This document shows positions 18,448-28,649 of a stretch of DNA of 64,000 nucleotides, one piece after another. Source of the stretch: a virus. The notes beneath the pieces were generated by a model. It had not been told where the DNA came from. It made no database searches and saw only the letters and a program-made list of their open reading frames with translations. Each line of letters begins with the position of its first letter. The first letter of the stretch is position 1. The stretch spans positions 119,843 to 183,842 of the IMG/VR virus record IMGVR_UViG_3300009126_000404, one strand, 5' to 3'. A program made the position numbers and the translations under genes.

Positions 18448-18812
18448 TAAAATTTCTTCTTTTTAGGTTTACTTTCTGCGTAGTCGGCTTCTGCAGATGC
18501 AGAGCCTGAATAACTACCACGTGTTCCTGTATGTGATGTATCTGTTTGCACTACAATTTTATCAGGATTTTCGCTTGTACTATTGACGTAAAGTCCGAAC
18601 CACGCCGCACCAGCACCCGTAATCACACTAACTAGTCCTGCTTGAGCCATGTTAGGATCTTCGAGTAACATAAACCAATCTACAACATTGTAGAACATGT
18701 AAATGTATACTGCTATAAATGCACGTGGAAACAAACGTAACCTATCTATCCAATAGGGAAGTGCTTCAAATGAACTAATATTACCATCTTGGTTTAGATC
18801 TGTGTTTGCCAT
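18447..18812 (-). CDS. Two-TM membrane protein
   Basis: RLFPRAFIAVYIYMFY and GLVSVITGAGAAWFGLY; late promoter plus AGGAG. Confidence 0.75.
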   Translation of the reverse strand: MANTDLNQDGNISSFEALPYWIDRLRLFPRAFIAVYIYMFYNVVDWFMLLEDPNMAQAGLVSVITGAGAAWFGLYVNSTSENPDKIVVQTDTSHTGTRGSYSGSASAEADYAESKPKKKKF

Positions 18813-18866
18813 ATGTATCTCCTGTTATTTTTGTATTTATCTTACTTAATTATTAGGGGGTACTAA

Positions 18867-18959
18867 TTACGCCGCTACTGGGCCTAACCAATTCCATAGT
18901 ATGATTGCAACTACAACCGCACCAATTACCCACATTTTGTTTGCTTTTAACCATTCCAT
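18867..18959 (-). CDS. 30-aa single-TM peptide MEWLKANKMWVIGAVVVAIILWNWLGPVAA
   Basis: Not in ORF track; own GATAAATA promoter and AAGGAG SD 7 nt upstream of ATG. Confidence 0.75.
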   Translation of the reverse strand: MEWLKANKMWVIGAVVVAIILWNWLGPVAA

Positions 18960-19012
18960 AATGTGTCTCCTTAACTATAGTATTTCAAAATACTACATAG
19001 TATTTATCTTAT

Positions 19013-19489
19013 TCAGCCTTGATTCCACCTATTCCAGTTCGCCTTACGGGCATCAATAGATTCATCTATTGTTTTATTGGCTATTGTAATGCCATAACGA
19101 CGCCCTGTAATACCTGTTACATTATGATATAAGTTAACTTGAATTTCGTGCCACTGTTGAGCTGGAAACTTAGCATCTTGTGTAGGTGTGATACGATCTT
19201 CTTCATACCAAACTGTATGTACATTATCTCCACCTGGATCAATAATATAATTTATAGCAAAATCTCTTGAATTGTCTACATGTACTGGTATATCGGCAGT
19301 CATTGTTTGGTATCTAAATTTTCTATAATTAGGAAACAATGGTTGTAAATACTCCTTTAATTCTTTTTGAACATCGTGTACAGTATAATTATTGCTATCC
19401 CCTTTAAATACATTTTCAAGTTCTAGTATTTCTTCTAAAGGTAGTATTAAATGCTCTGGAATTTTTGGTATATTTAAAATCCAAAACAT
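19013..19489 (-). CDS. 2OG-Fe(II) oxygenase-like protein
   Basis: HVD (HxD), FAINY, distal HNV...R; TAATG overlap at 19489. Confidence 0.55.
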   Translation of the reverse strand: MFWILNIPKIPEHLILPLEEILELENVFKGDSNNYTVHDVQKELKEYLQPLFPNYRKFRYQTMTADIPVHVDNSRDFAINYIIDPGGDNVHTVWYEEDRITPTQDAKFPAQQWHEIQVNLYHNVTGITGRRYGITIANKTIDESIDARKANWNRWNQG

Positions 19490-20172
19490 TATATTTTTTT
19501 CCAAATTTGGTGACTATCATAGTTTTCAACATATTCTATTATTTTATCTGCTATAATTATATTACCTTCTTTATTAATGCCATTAGCACTATTTTGATAG
19601 CCAATGAAATAAGGTGTTAAATGATTGTGTGTAATATCCATTTTATAAATTTCATTATCCACTATACCAGATGTAAACTTAATCCAGTCTGGAATTCTAT
19701 TATGTGTGAAATGTATAACTGGTATTTGTTTAGCAGTGCAATATTGATCTATTTGAATCATTGCTCCAGTAAACCTATTCATTTGTAAATCTTGATGATA
19801 AAAGTATTGCCTATTATCTGTTACTATATCATTTGCTTTATCTAATGTTAAATCTTCTGCTAGAATTTTATTTGACTTTTTAAAATAATCCATTTCATCT
19901 TTGGTAATTGTACCCTTTGAAATATCTTGTACAAAACCAGGTACAAATACATAAGTAGGTATTGCATGGAATATAATCGCCATACTAATATCTTTTTGCT
20001 TTTTTAAATAAAATAATATTCGTTCTTCACTACATGCTCCTATTCCATAATATGAATTATTAGCATCATAACACTGATATTTTTCTTGTATAATATTTAC
20101 AAATGTATCTATTGAATTATCTTTTTTAGTTTTGTACTTAGTCATGCTATGACCGAAAAATCGTATATTCAT
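19489..20172 (-). CDS. Hypothetical protein, weakly SGNH-hydrolase-like
   Basis: N-terminal FFGHS; C-terminal NKEGNIIIADKI lacks the canonical DxxH. Confidence 0.6.
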   Translation of the reverse strand: MNIRFFGHSMTKYKTKKDNSIDTFVNIIQEKYQCYDANNSYYGIGACSEERILFYLKKQKDISMAIIFHAIPTYVFVPGFVQDISKGTITKDEMDYFKKSNKILAEDLTLDKANDIVTDNRQYFYHQDLQMNRFTGAMIQIDQYCTAKQIPVIHFTHNRIPDWIKFTSGIVDNEIYKMDITHNHLTPYFIGYQNSANGINKEGNIIIADKIIEYVENYDSHQIWKKI

Positions 20173-20186
20173 TTAAGTTCCTTTAA

Positions 20187-20261
20187 TGGAGCGGACAGCT
20201 AAGAATCGAACCTGCGACTTTGGGCTGGAAACCCATTATGATACCACTTCACCATGTCCGC
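20187..20261 (-). tRNA. tRNA-Gly(TCC), CCA encoded, bulged T-stem
   Basis: GCGGACA/TGTCCGC acceptor stem; anticodon loop TTTCCAG; TTCGATT T-loop. Confidence 0.85.
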
Positions 20262-20323
20262 AACCGACATGGGTCAAAGACTCCTACGCCGGCATAACTA
20301 TTTATCTGAGTGTTTAATGGCCA

Positions 20324-20360
20324 TAAAAAAACCCGATATACAATTAAGTATACCGGGTTT
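20324..20360 (-). terminator. Rho-independent terminator
   Basis: CCCGGTATAC-TTAATT-GTATATCGGG followed by T7. Confidence 0.85.
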
Positions 20361-20386
20361 AGAGTTTCTTTATAATAACGTAATAA

Positions 20387-20692
20387 TTACGCTACTGTTA
20401 TTGCGCCTGCAGTTGAAAGCGAAAGAGCTTGTAGAGCAGTTTGTACTGCCGCTGCATCTGCCCAAGAACTGTTTTCCATTGTTACTGTGAAAACTGTTCC
20501 GCCTGAAGCGTGAGCTGAAAGACCCATAACTGTTCCATGCTGTGCCATACATTCAAGGATTTGACCCACTTCTTCACCGGGGTTAACTTCACCTGAAACG
20601 TCTGCCGCACATGTAAGTGTGAATGAAGTCATAGTTGCACCATAATTGTGCTTTCCGAACTCAATTGCGTTTGCTGGATTTGCTGTTGCCAT
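20387..20692 (-). CDS. Small Ala/Thr-rich putative virion protein
   Basis: ORF track; late promoter, AGGAG SD, downstream terminator. Confidence 0.75.
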   Translation of the reverse strand: MATANPANAIEFGKHNYGATMTSFTLTCAADVSGEVNPGEEVGQILECMAQHGTVMGLSAHASGGTVFTVTMENSSWADAAAVQTALQALSLSTAGAITVA

Positions 20693-20791
20693 TTTATATT
20701 TCTCCTAAAATTACAAATTAATGTAATTTAAAAATTCTGTGCTGTTGCACTACTTTTATTTATGACATCTTGGTGAAAATTAACTAATAAT

Positions 20792-22687
20792 TTATCGTTT
20801 GACCGCGTTTAATTCAACAAATATCGTCCAAATAATGGTTTTTGCCGCTTCTCCAGTGACTAAAACCTTTAAACTACTATTAGAACTGTCTGCTGAAACC
20901 GCACTTGTAGAGGCACTTAGGCTATCTACTAGTGTTTCTGTACTTTGACCACCTATTAAAGTTAATGTTCCACTCGTTTGATTTATAAGTCCTTGTACTC
21001 TAATACCATAGTGATCAGTACCATCACTTGCGACAATGTGTACTTTATACATAACTGTACTATCATCATCTATTATTACTCTGTTTCCTGTAGTTAGTAA
21101 TGCTTCTGTAGGGGTTGCGTCTGTTGTAGTAATAGACATAACAAAGTTTTCATGTGTTGCTACTACCACATTTGATACTTTTGCTACTTGTGTTATGCTA
21201 TCTGTAAATGATTTATCACCTATTATGGTTGCTTCTGCATGTTTAGTATCAACATAGTTAGTAGATGCCAATCCTGCAATACTTGGTATATATGGTTGAT
21301 TTGCTAATGAATTATAATCACCATCAAACAATGAAGGTAAATTAGTTAACGCATTATAATCACCACTAAATGATCCAGCACTAGTAAAACTAAAGTTTCC
21401 TGCACCATCTGTTGTTAAAACTTGTCCATTAGTACCATCTGATATACCTAAATCTGTAAGTGCATCAGGTGAATCTGTAATTCCATATCCTGCTATTGTT
21501 GTTGGTCTGTTACTTAAATCTGCCCATGAACCACTAAACAATGTAGGTAAATTTGTTAAATCATTATAATCACTACTAAAGTGAGCTCCAACTTCAATTA
21601 TTTTTTGGTCTACATATGCTTCTGTTGCAAAATTACTACCACCTGATCCTGTTGTTGCATCTGTAGCTGGTGCCCATTCTGATCCATCCCATTTTAAAAC
21701 TTGTCCTGATGTTGCGCCAGTTGTACTTACATCTGTTAATGCACCTAGTGTAGTTGCACCGCCACCACCGCCTGTATTAGTAATCCATGCATAATCTGTT
21801 CCTGTCCAACTTAGAATTTGGTTTGCTGTTGCACTACCTACATTTAAGTGTGTGTTTACTTCTGAATTTCCGTAACTGCTTAATAAGTTTGTTGTATCTG
21901 TTAAGTCCGATACATCTGCTGGTATAGTTGGAGCACCTGTTAATGAAGAATATGCTCCATCAAATAATGTTGGTGTGTTAGTAAAGTTCGTGTAATCTAA
22001 ATAGTAAGTACCATCTTGACTATCCAGTGTATCTGCATTACTTCCGCCACCACCTGATGTATTATCTGTAGCTGGTGCCCATGCACTACCATTCCATTTT
22101 AAGACTTCACCTGAACTTGGTGCAGTGCTACTTACGTCAGTTAATGAACCAAGTGTCGTGTTTGCTATTTGATTCTGTACCCAAGTCTGTGTTGCATATC
22201 CTGTTAAATCTGGAATTACTGGAGTATTGGTAAGATTGTTATAATCGCCATCAAAAAATGAAGCGTTTGCAATTGCAGTATTAATTTTACTTGTTACTTC
22301 TGTAGATAAATCGTAATTTGCAATTGTACCCGCCAAAGATGCTGTAGTAACATAAAGACTAAGATCTGGTGGCGAATGTATAGCCGCTATTTGAGCGTCT
22401 ACATAAGTAGTATCTGCTTTGGTTGCTATTGATGTATTAAGTGTTGCTACTTCTGTTGCTAATGCTGTAGTTGTAGCATAGTTACTTAAATCAATACTTC
22501 CACCTGAACTAATATTAGCTATTAAGGCATTAACTTGTGCTAATGTTGTAAAGTTACCTACTGTATTTTCAAACGATTTGGTCGCAGTTTTATATACTAG
22601 AATATCGCCTTCAGCAATATTATCTGCTAAGTTAAAATCTGGTGTAGGTAGTTGTTGAATACCACCGCTAAATGCTTGAATCGCCAA
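20792..22687 (-). CDS. Putative tail fibre/virion decoration protein with internal repeats (TTG start)
   Basis: LGxLTDV...GxVLKWxGxxWAPATD x2; GxYxxLTNxP-like x7 or more; GGGAG SD. Confidence 0.7.
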   Translation of the reverse strand: MAIQAFSGGIQQLPTPDFNLADNIAEGDILVYKTATKSFENTVGNFTTLAQVNALIANISSGGSIDLSNYATTTALATEVATLNTSIATKADTTYVDAQIAAIHSPPDLSLYVTTASLAGTIANYDLSTEVTSKINTAIANASFFDGDYNNLTNTPVIPDLTGYATQTWVQNQIANTTLGSLTDVSSTAPSSGEVLKWNGSAWAPATDNTSGGGGSNADTLDSQDGTYYLDYTNFTNTPTLFDGAYSSLTGAPTIPADVSDLTDTTNLLSSYGNSEVNTHLNVGSATANQILSWTGTDYAWITNTGGGGGATTLGALTDVSTTGATSGQVLKWDGSEWAPATDATTGSGGSNFATEAYVDQKIIEVGAHFSSDYNDLTNLPTLFSGSWADLSNRPTTIAGYGITDSPDALTDLGISDGTNGQVLTTDGAGNFSFTSAGSFSGDYNALTNLPSLFDGDYNSLANQPYIPSIAGLASTNYVDTKHAEATIIGDKSFTDSITQVAKVSNVVVATHENFVMSITTTDATPTEALLTTGNRVIIDDDSTVMYKVHIVASDGTDHYGIRVQGLINQTSGTLTLIGGQSTETLVDSLSASTSAVSADSSNSSLKVLVTGEAAKTIIWTIFVELNAVKR

Positions 22688-22700
22688 GTGTAATTCTCCC

Positions 22701-23072
22701 TTAAATTAATATAACAACTTTGTCAATAGAACCATGTAATGCAGGGTCGTATGATCCAGCACCTAAATATGCTCTGTCAACTTTAACACGCAAATAAACA
22801 AAGTTACCTTCAAAACTTGTACCTTTAGTAATAGTTTGGGCAGTAAATTGTAAATATGCTGTTAGGTTGTCCAGATCAATAGGAAACCAATCAGTTTCTG
22901 CTGGATTCTCAACAATAGTAGCTTCTAAGTGTATTCTACCTGTAAAATTGTTCACATGGAAACTCATGGTATGTAAACCATCAGCAAAACCATAGTAACC
23001 GTCGCCTTTTACTTTATCACTTGTGTAAGTAAGTTCGTTTTTGTTTGTTAGAACTATGTTAGAACTAGCCAT
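22701..23072 (-). CDS. Hypothetical beta-rich putative virion protein
   Basis: ORF track; late promoter plus AAGGAG. Confidence 0.75.
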   Translation of the reverse strand: MASSNIVLTNKNELTYTSDKVKGDGYYGFADGLHTMSFHVNNFTGRIHLEATIVENPAETDWFPIDLDNLTAYLQFTAQTITKGTSFEGNFVYLRVKVDRAYLGAGSYDPALHGSIDKVVILI

Positions 23073-23103
23073 TAATAATCTCCTTTAATCTTACAAGTAT
23101 TTA

Positions 23104-23721
23104 TCAATTATCAAGTTCTTGAAGGGTTATACAGGTTTCCATAGTTAAACGAAGCATGTCGCTATATGCTAATTTGAATAACATCATAGTTTCTTCGCTG
23201 TTTGTAAATATTGTTGGTGGTTGTGCTAAACGACCAGGTGAACCAAAATATGACCCATATGCAGTTGATACAACTCTGTTATCACCTTTAGGAAAATGTT
23301 CATATATCCATTCTACCATACGCCTGCTTTCTTGGGGTGAAGTAGTTCTATCCCAATTATGCCATGATGATACTTTATGTTTATACCTATTGAACCATAA
23401 CTTATCACGTATAACTACTTTCCTATCACGTTTATGTAATAATTCTCTATGTAAATCATTTAATGGTTTAGTAATTTCTATTACTTCATACTCACCATTT
23501 AAAACACTTTGTATAATTTTATCACTTGATGTATAAAGATTACAATCATATTCATGTTTACTTCTAAACATTTTTACTACTCTGTAATTTAATCTTCCGC
23601 TATCGTTAAATCTCTTATAAGTAAAATGAAAATTACGTGGAATTTTTATTATTCTTAGACGTGTATCAAATTCTCTGTAAAATACAGATTCTGTTGGCAA
23701 TATTTGTGGATTATTCTCCAT
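23104..23721 (-). CDS. Hypothetical protein
   Basis: ORF track; overlaps clpA stop. Confidence 0.7.
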   Translation of the reverse strand: MENNPQILPTESVFYREFDTRLRIIKIPRNFHFTYKRFNDSGRLNYRVVKMFRSKHEYDCNLYTSSDKIIQSVLNGEYEVIEITKPLNDLHRELLHKRDRKVVIRDKLWFNRYKHKVSSWHNWDRTTSPQESRRMVEWIYEHFPKGDNRVVSTAYGSYFGSPGRLAQPPTIFTNSEETMMLFKLAYSDMLRLTMETCITLQELDN

Positions 23722-25969
23722 TGATTGTTAATCTATCTTGTTTCCAATCAAGATCTAATGTATAATCTTTAGGATGATCCAGTAAATATTTTGCTAATGG
23801 AAGTTTTACAGATTCGTTAATTAATCTTGCACATGGCCTTGCACCCATTTTAGGATCATATCCTTTATCTTCTAGCATTGCTAATAGTTCTGGACCCCAC
23901 TTAAGAACAATATGTCTACCTTCTACATAAGTCTCAAGTTCGCCTAAAAACTTAACAACAATACGTTTCATATCATTTCTTGTTAGTGAATTAAACTTAA
24001 CTACACCATCTAATCTATTACGAAATTCAGGAGCAAAATAATTCTTAACAGCATCGTCTACTGCTTTTGCGTTATAAGTTTCTTCGTTAAATCCGATGCT
24101 CGTAATTGCGGCATCTCTAGCACCTAAGTTACTAGTCATAATAACAATTGAATTCTTAGCACTCACTATTTTACCTGTGCTACTTGTAAGTGTTCCTTCA
24201 TCAAGTAAATTTAGTAATACACCCATTAAATCTGGATGTGCTTTTTCTACTTCGTCTAATAATAGTACACAATTTGGATTATCTTCTAATTGATTAATAA
24301 GTAAACCATCGCCCGCTTTACCATCACCATGTCCAACATAACCTGGTGGACTACCAATTAGTTTTGAAACTGTATGACGTTCTTGGTATTCTGCCATATC
24401 GTATCTACACAACTTCATACTCATTGCTTGTGATAAACGTTTAGCAAGTTCTGTTTTACCTACACCAGTTGGTCCTGTGAACAAATAACTAGCAATAGGC
24501 TTTATAGGATCTTTAAGTCCTGCCATACTAACTGTAATACTGTCTACTACAGAATCAATTGCTACTTGTTGTCCAAATACTGTACTTTCTAAAAATTCTC
24601 TTACTTCTGCATGTTTAGTAGATGTTTCTTTATCTTCTACTTTTCCTAAATGTTCTTTTGGAATACCAGTTAGCCTTGCAACCTCTGCCTTAATTTCATC
24701 ATCACTTAAAATATCTAAACGCTCTTCTGCTGGTAATATTCTATTATATGCACATGCTCTATCAATAATATCAAATGCTTTGTCTGGAAGTTTTTTATTA
24801 AAAAGATATTGATTACTTAAATCAACAGCAAGATCTCCTGCCTCTGGTCTAATAGTGACATCATGGTATGCTTCATATCCTACTAATGTATTGGCAATAA
24901 CTTCTTTGGCGTCTTTTGTGTTGGGCTCATCTATTACAATCTTAGTAAATCTACGTGTCAGAGCCGCTTCTTTCTCAAATACTTTTCTATATTCTTCATC
25001 AGTTGTAGCTCCAATGACTTTTAACTTACCATCATTTAATGCTGGTTTTAACATATTACCTGCATCCATAGTACCATTTGTACTACCTGCTCCAATAATT
25101 TGGTGAATTTCATCTATAAACAAAATAATATTAGGTTCCTTTATTAATGCATCACTTAACACTTTCATGCGTTCTTCAAAATCACCTCTGTATTTTGTAC
25201 CAGCAACTAACTTAGTCATATCTAATTCCCATATAACCTTATTTTTAATTAAATCTGGTACATGTCCTTCTACAATAAGTTTTGCTAATCCTTGTACAAT
25301 AGCTGTCTTACCAACACCACTTCCACCTGTTAATATGCAATTGGACTTTTTCTTACGTGCTACTGTTTGTACTAAGTCTTTTAATTCTTTTCTACGACCA
25401 ACTACATCATCATAATCATTATATGATTCATTCATATTTGTACAAAACTGTTTTAGTACATCTCTAGGTCTAATCCTATTTTGTTGTCTACGTGGATCAA
25501 CCTCAGGGCCCATAGGACCAAATATTTGTTCATGCTCTTGTTGATTTGTTTCTTGCATCCATTTTATAACTTTATCTTTATTAAGACCCATTTGTTGAGC
25601 ATACTGTGCCGCTATACTATTTTCTTCACCTAATATGCTTAATACTAAGTCTAATTGATTAAGATGCTTTTTACCTTGAAACAATGCTTGTGTTAATGCT
25701 CTGTTAAAAACTCTTTCTAACATTTGTGTTTTAAATGGATTGGGTTCTTCTTTGGTATTTTTAATTAATTCTTTACATTCTTTTTCTAAATATTCAACAA
25801 GTGCAATTTGTAAATTATCAGAATCTGCACCGACCTCAAAACACATTGCAATAACATGCGGATCATCTAACATAACTGCCGCTAGATGTTCAATAGTTAC
25901 ATATTCATGTTTTAATTTTTTTGCTAAATTTATAGCAGTTATTACAATTTTCTCAATTTCAGTCATCAC
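23711..25969 (-). CDS. clpA: ATP-dependent Clp protease ATPase subunit ClpA
   Basis: Clp N-domain (HEYVTIEHL), two AAA+ modules (GGSGVGKT/FIDEIH; GPTGVGKT/LLDEVEK), KYRG and GYVG pore loops, no ClpB M-domain. Confidence 0.93.
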   Translation of the reverse strand: MMTEIEKIVITAINLAKKLKHEYVTIEHLAAVMLDDPHVIAMCFEVGADSDNLQIALVEYLEKECKELIKNTKEEPNPFKTQMLERVFNRALTQALFQGKKHLNQLDLVLSILGEENSIAAQYAQQMGLNKDKVIKWMQETNQQEHEQIFGPMGPEVDPRRQQNRIRPRDVLKQFCTNMNESYNDYDDVVGRRKELKDLVQTVARKKKSNCILTGGSGVGKTAIVQGLAKLIVEGHVPDLIKNKVIWELDMTKLVAGTKYRGDFEERMKVLSDALIKEPNIILFIDEIHQIIGAGSTNGTMDAGNMLKPALNDGKLKVIGATTDEEYRKVFEKEAALTRRFTKIVIDEPNTKDAKEVIANTLVGYEAYHDVTIRPEAGDLAVDLSNQYLFNKKLPDKAFDIIDRACAYNRILPAEERLDILSDDEIKAEVARLTGIPKEHLGKVEDKETSTKHAEVREFLESTVFGQQVAIDSVVDSITVSMAGLKDPIKPIASYLFTGPTGVGKTELAKRLSQAMSMKLCRYDMAEYQERHTVSKLIGSPPGYVGHGDGKAGDGLLINQLEDNPNCVLLLDEVEKAHPDLMGVLLNLLDEGTLTSSTGKIVSAKNSIVIMTSNLGARDAAITSIGFNEETYNAKAVDDAVKNYFAPEFRNRLDGVVKFNSLTRNDMKRIVVKFLGELETYVEGRHIVLKWGPELLAMLEDKGYDPKMGARPCARLINESVKLPLAKYLLDHPKDYTLDLDWKQDRLTINGE

Positions 25970-26639
25970 TTTTTAATCTCTTTATAAAGTCTTCCACATC
26001 ATTGTTATTATTTAAATGTGGTATATCTATCTTTAAATTTATCCTTAAATTGCCTTTTCTTTTTGTTTTTCTATTATATAATCCGTGGCCTTTAAGTACT
26101 ACTATAGTACCTGTTTGTGCATCCACAGGAATATCTAATTCACAATGTTCACCTGTTGGTGTCATTATCATAAATGGAACACGTTTCATTACATCAATAA
26201 CATTTAATGTTTTATACATTATAATATTATTTCCTTGTCTTGTAAAGACTTTATTCGCCTTTTCTTTGACATTTATTATATATTTCTTTCCCTTATCAGT
26301 TACTTTAAACTTGTCACCTAATAAGACACCTGCTGGAATATTTACTTTTAAATATAAATCTTCACCTTCAATTGCTATATAATCATTAACACCATTTATC
26401 TGTTGTTCAATAGTTAGAGCTACATCTATCATTTTAGTGTTTGTTGTTTTAACTATAGGAATGAGTTTCTTTTTAGTTATTGCTTCATATGCATCACTAA
26501 TCGCTAACCACTCAGCAATAGTTCCACCTTTGTCAGGGTGGTTTTTTAAAGCTAACCTTTTGTATGCTAATTTGGTCTCTTTTAATGTAGCACCTGGTTT
26601 TAGACCAAGGATAAACCAAGGGTTATTTAACTTCTTCAT
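25959..26639 (-). CDS. DnaJ/CbpA-like co-chaperone (J domain plus C-terminal domain, no Zn finger)
   Basis: NHPDKGG; start moved to ATG 26639, 5 nt after ATAAATA. Confidence 0.88.
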   Translation of the reverse strand: MKKLNNPWFILGLKPGATLKETKLAYKRLALKNHPDKGGTIAEWLAISDAYEAITKKKLIPIVKTTNTKMIDVALTIEQQINGVNDYIAIEGEDLYLKVNIPAGVLLGDKFKVTDKGKKYIINVKEKANKVFTRQGNNIIMYKTLNVIDVMKRVPFMIMTPTGEHCELDIPVDAQTGTIVVLKGHGLYNRKTKRKGNLRINLKIDIPHLNNNNDVEDFIKRLKSDD

Positions 26640-26684
26640 CGTAGTATTTATTGGCATGACGAAGTGGGTTAAACGCTAGTGTTT

Positions 26685-27155
26685 TTAAAATAAGGTTGTT
26701 TTTTTAGTCTTGTTATCATCAGAAGACTTATTATCATTTAACCATTTATTAAAGAATCCATCTTTTTTAATTTCCATTTTCTTTTCAGTTTTATTATAAT
26801 CGTCAATGCTTTTTTCTGTTTGCTCGTAGTATTCTTTGTATGCTTCAATTACGGCTTTTTGTTGTGATAATAATTTTATTACATCCGCCATATTTAATGA
26901 AAGGGCTTCATACCCTTCTGTGGTTAATGCATATATAACAATAGGCTCGCCTGTTTCTTCTAATTGTTTCCACAAAACTTCTACGTTATCTTCTGTAATG
27001 ATTTCCCAATCAGCATTTCTTAGTTCTAATTCACTTGTATCAGGTAATACTAATGCTGGTCGTTCTACTGGTTCTGATTTGTATGTTACTACGTCTGGCA
27101 TAGATGCACATCCAGTTAAGGCTAATACACCTATTAATAATGTTTCTTTAATCAT
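26685..27155 (-). CDS. Lipoprotein, putative o-spanin
   Basis: Lipobox LALTG-C; adjacent to i-spanin-like gene. Confidence 0.75.
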   Translation of the reverse strand: MIKETLLIGVLALTGCASMPDVVTYKSEPVERPALVLPDTSELELRNADWEIITEDNVEVLWKQLEETGEPIVIYALTTEGYEALSLNMADVIKLLSQQKAVIEAYKEYYEQTEKSIDDYNKTEKKMEIKKDGFFNKWLNDNKSSDDNKTKKTTLF

Positions 27156-27625
27156 GGCTTGTAATTTGGGTTAGCAAGTCCAGGACATTCGTTGTTGGCT
27201 TTTGATTTCTTTGTGACATTTAATTCTTCCTCCGTTAATTCAGCTCCACTTAGTATCTCTATACATCTCATTACATTTGCACCGGCTTTGTCAATTATTT
27301 TTTCAACTAATCCAGGCTTTGCTTGTGCAAGTTGTCCTAAGTCATGTTTGCTTAACTTCTTCTCTAACGTATCAACACGTGATTGAGCTTCGGCAAACTC
27401 TTTGCTTACTTCATTAAATTGTTTTTGTACTTGTTCTAAATCCTGCTTTATGGCTTCCATTGCGGCATCGCTTTCTTTAGCCGCTTGTTCTGCCTGTGCC
27501 GCATTTGTTGCGTATATAAGAATTTGTTGTTGTGTGTATTGGTAATATTTCCATGCACCAAATCCTAGAACGCCAAATATGACGGTCATGATTAGAAGCA
27601 TTTTGATTTTTCCTAATAAAAACAT
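27152..27625 (-). CDS. Putative i-spanin
   Basis: N-terminal TM helix, long coiled coil, two Cys near the C-terminus. Confidence 0.75.
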   Translation of the reverse strand: MFLLGKIKMLLIMTVIFGVLGFGAWKYYQYTQQQILIYATNAAQAEQAAKESDAAMEAIKQDLEQVQKQFNEVSKEFAEAQSRVDTLEKKLSKHDLGQLAQAKPGLVEKIIDKAGANVMRCIEILSGAELTEEELNVTKKSKANNECPGLANPNYKP

Positions 27626-27629
27626 TTTA

Positions 27630-28097
27630 TTAATATTTGTTTAAAAATTTGATTCTTTCTGTTATTGCGTGGGCTTCGGGATTAGTAGCAATTGTATAAT
27701 CGTAACTACTAGAATGTACACTTGCTTCAAAGTTTTCTTTATTCCACTCTGTTGGCATATCACTCTTGTATGCATTAAATTTAAAACTTTTTGCTGATTC
27801 GTCTACACGAGTTATATCATTTAATATGCTATCGATAGCTTCAAATAATTTACTATTTCTTTCTAACTCGACATATACTTTATAATTTCCGTTTTTATCT
27901 GGCCCAGGAGATACATCTACGTCTATAGTATCGTGGCCTGTTTCTATAAATTGGCTTAGGTCTTTTGCTGGATCAACATCTTTAACATCAAAAGCAACAA
28001 CGACAATATTTTTATCATCGCCTATTTTACTTTTGTATTGATCCACACTAAATGTTGTTTCTATTAAATTTATTAAATCGTTATTTTGTATACTCAT
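27630..28097 (-). CDS. Hypothetical protein
   Basis: ORF track. Confidence 0.75.
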   Translation of the reverse strand: MSIQNNDLINLIETTFSVDQYKSKIGDDKNIVVVAFDVKDVDPAKDLSQFIETGHDTIDVDVSPGPDKNGNYKVYVELERNSKLFEAIDSILNDITRVDESAKSFKFNAYKSDMPTEWNKENFEASVHSSSYDYTIATNPEAHAITERIKFLNKY

Positions 28098-28098
28098 A

Positions 28099-28638
28099 TT
28101 ATTCTAGTCCTAATGTATCGGCTGGTGCATTATCAGATGCTATCTCATCCGTATATGCTTGTTCTACAGCATCACTATTAATATCTTGATCATCAACACG
28201 TAATTTACTAGACTCTACATCATCTAAGTATTTTCTAGGCATTACCAATGTTACTAACCATACAGGCTTAATAACCTTCTTAGCACGTGTTTGCCCTGGT
28301 CGCCTACCATCTGCATTATCTTGTCCTTCACTATCATCTGGACTTCTTAATTTAGCGGCTGTAACATAATCATCTTCTGCAAAATATACTTTACAACCAT
28401 GTTTTGTTAATCTCATTGCACCTTCTGGATCTGGCATTAATTTTTTAGGATACATTAATGTAACAGTAACCCAATATCTATCAATCTTAGGTCCTTCTAC
28501 TATTTCACCTTCTATCCAATTCTTATATGCATATATATTAGCCGTATCCAAAACACGTTCTATATCCATAAGAGTTTCTAATGCACTATCTCTATTAGTA
28601 TTTGCTTTTAAATTATCTAAAATGTTAAGTTGATCCAT
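28099..28638 (-). CDS. Hypothetical protein (YAYKNW...MPDPEG motif)
   Basis: ORF track; AAGGA SD. Confidence 0.8.
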   Translation of the reverse strand: MDQLNILDNLKANTNRDSALETLMDIERVLDTANIYAYKNWIEGEIVEGPKIDRYWVTVTLMYPKKLMPDPEGAMRLTKHGCKVYFAEDDYVTAAKLRSPDDSEGQDNADGRRPGQTRAKKVIKPVWLVTLVMPRKYLDDVESSKLRVDDQDINSDAVEQAYTDEIASDNAPADTLGLE

Positions 28639-28649
28639 TGTATATTCCT

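Noticed and set aside
19489-20172. Firm SGNH hydrolase call
   Set aside because: Only a GxS-like block I is visible and the DxxH catalytic motif is missing; left as hypothetical.
20254-20552. ORFs 20254..20490 (+) and 20370..20552 (-)
   Set aside because: They overlap the tRNA leader, terminator and the better-supported 20387..20692 gene.
23711-25969. Inteins or introns in ClpA, ClpX, ligase or GuaC
   Set aside because: Lengths and motif spacing are normal; no splice-junction or homing-endonuclease motifs seen.
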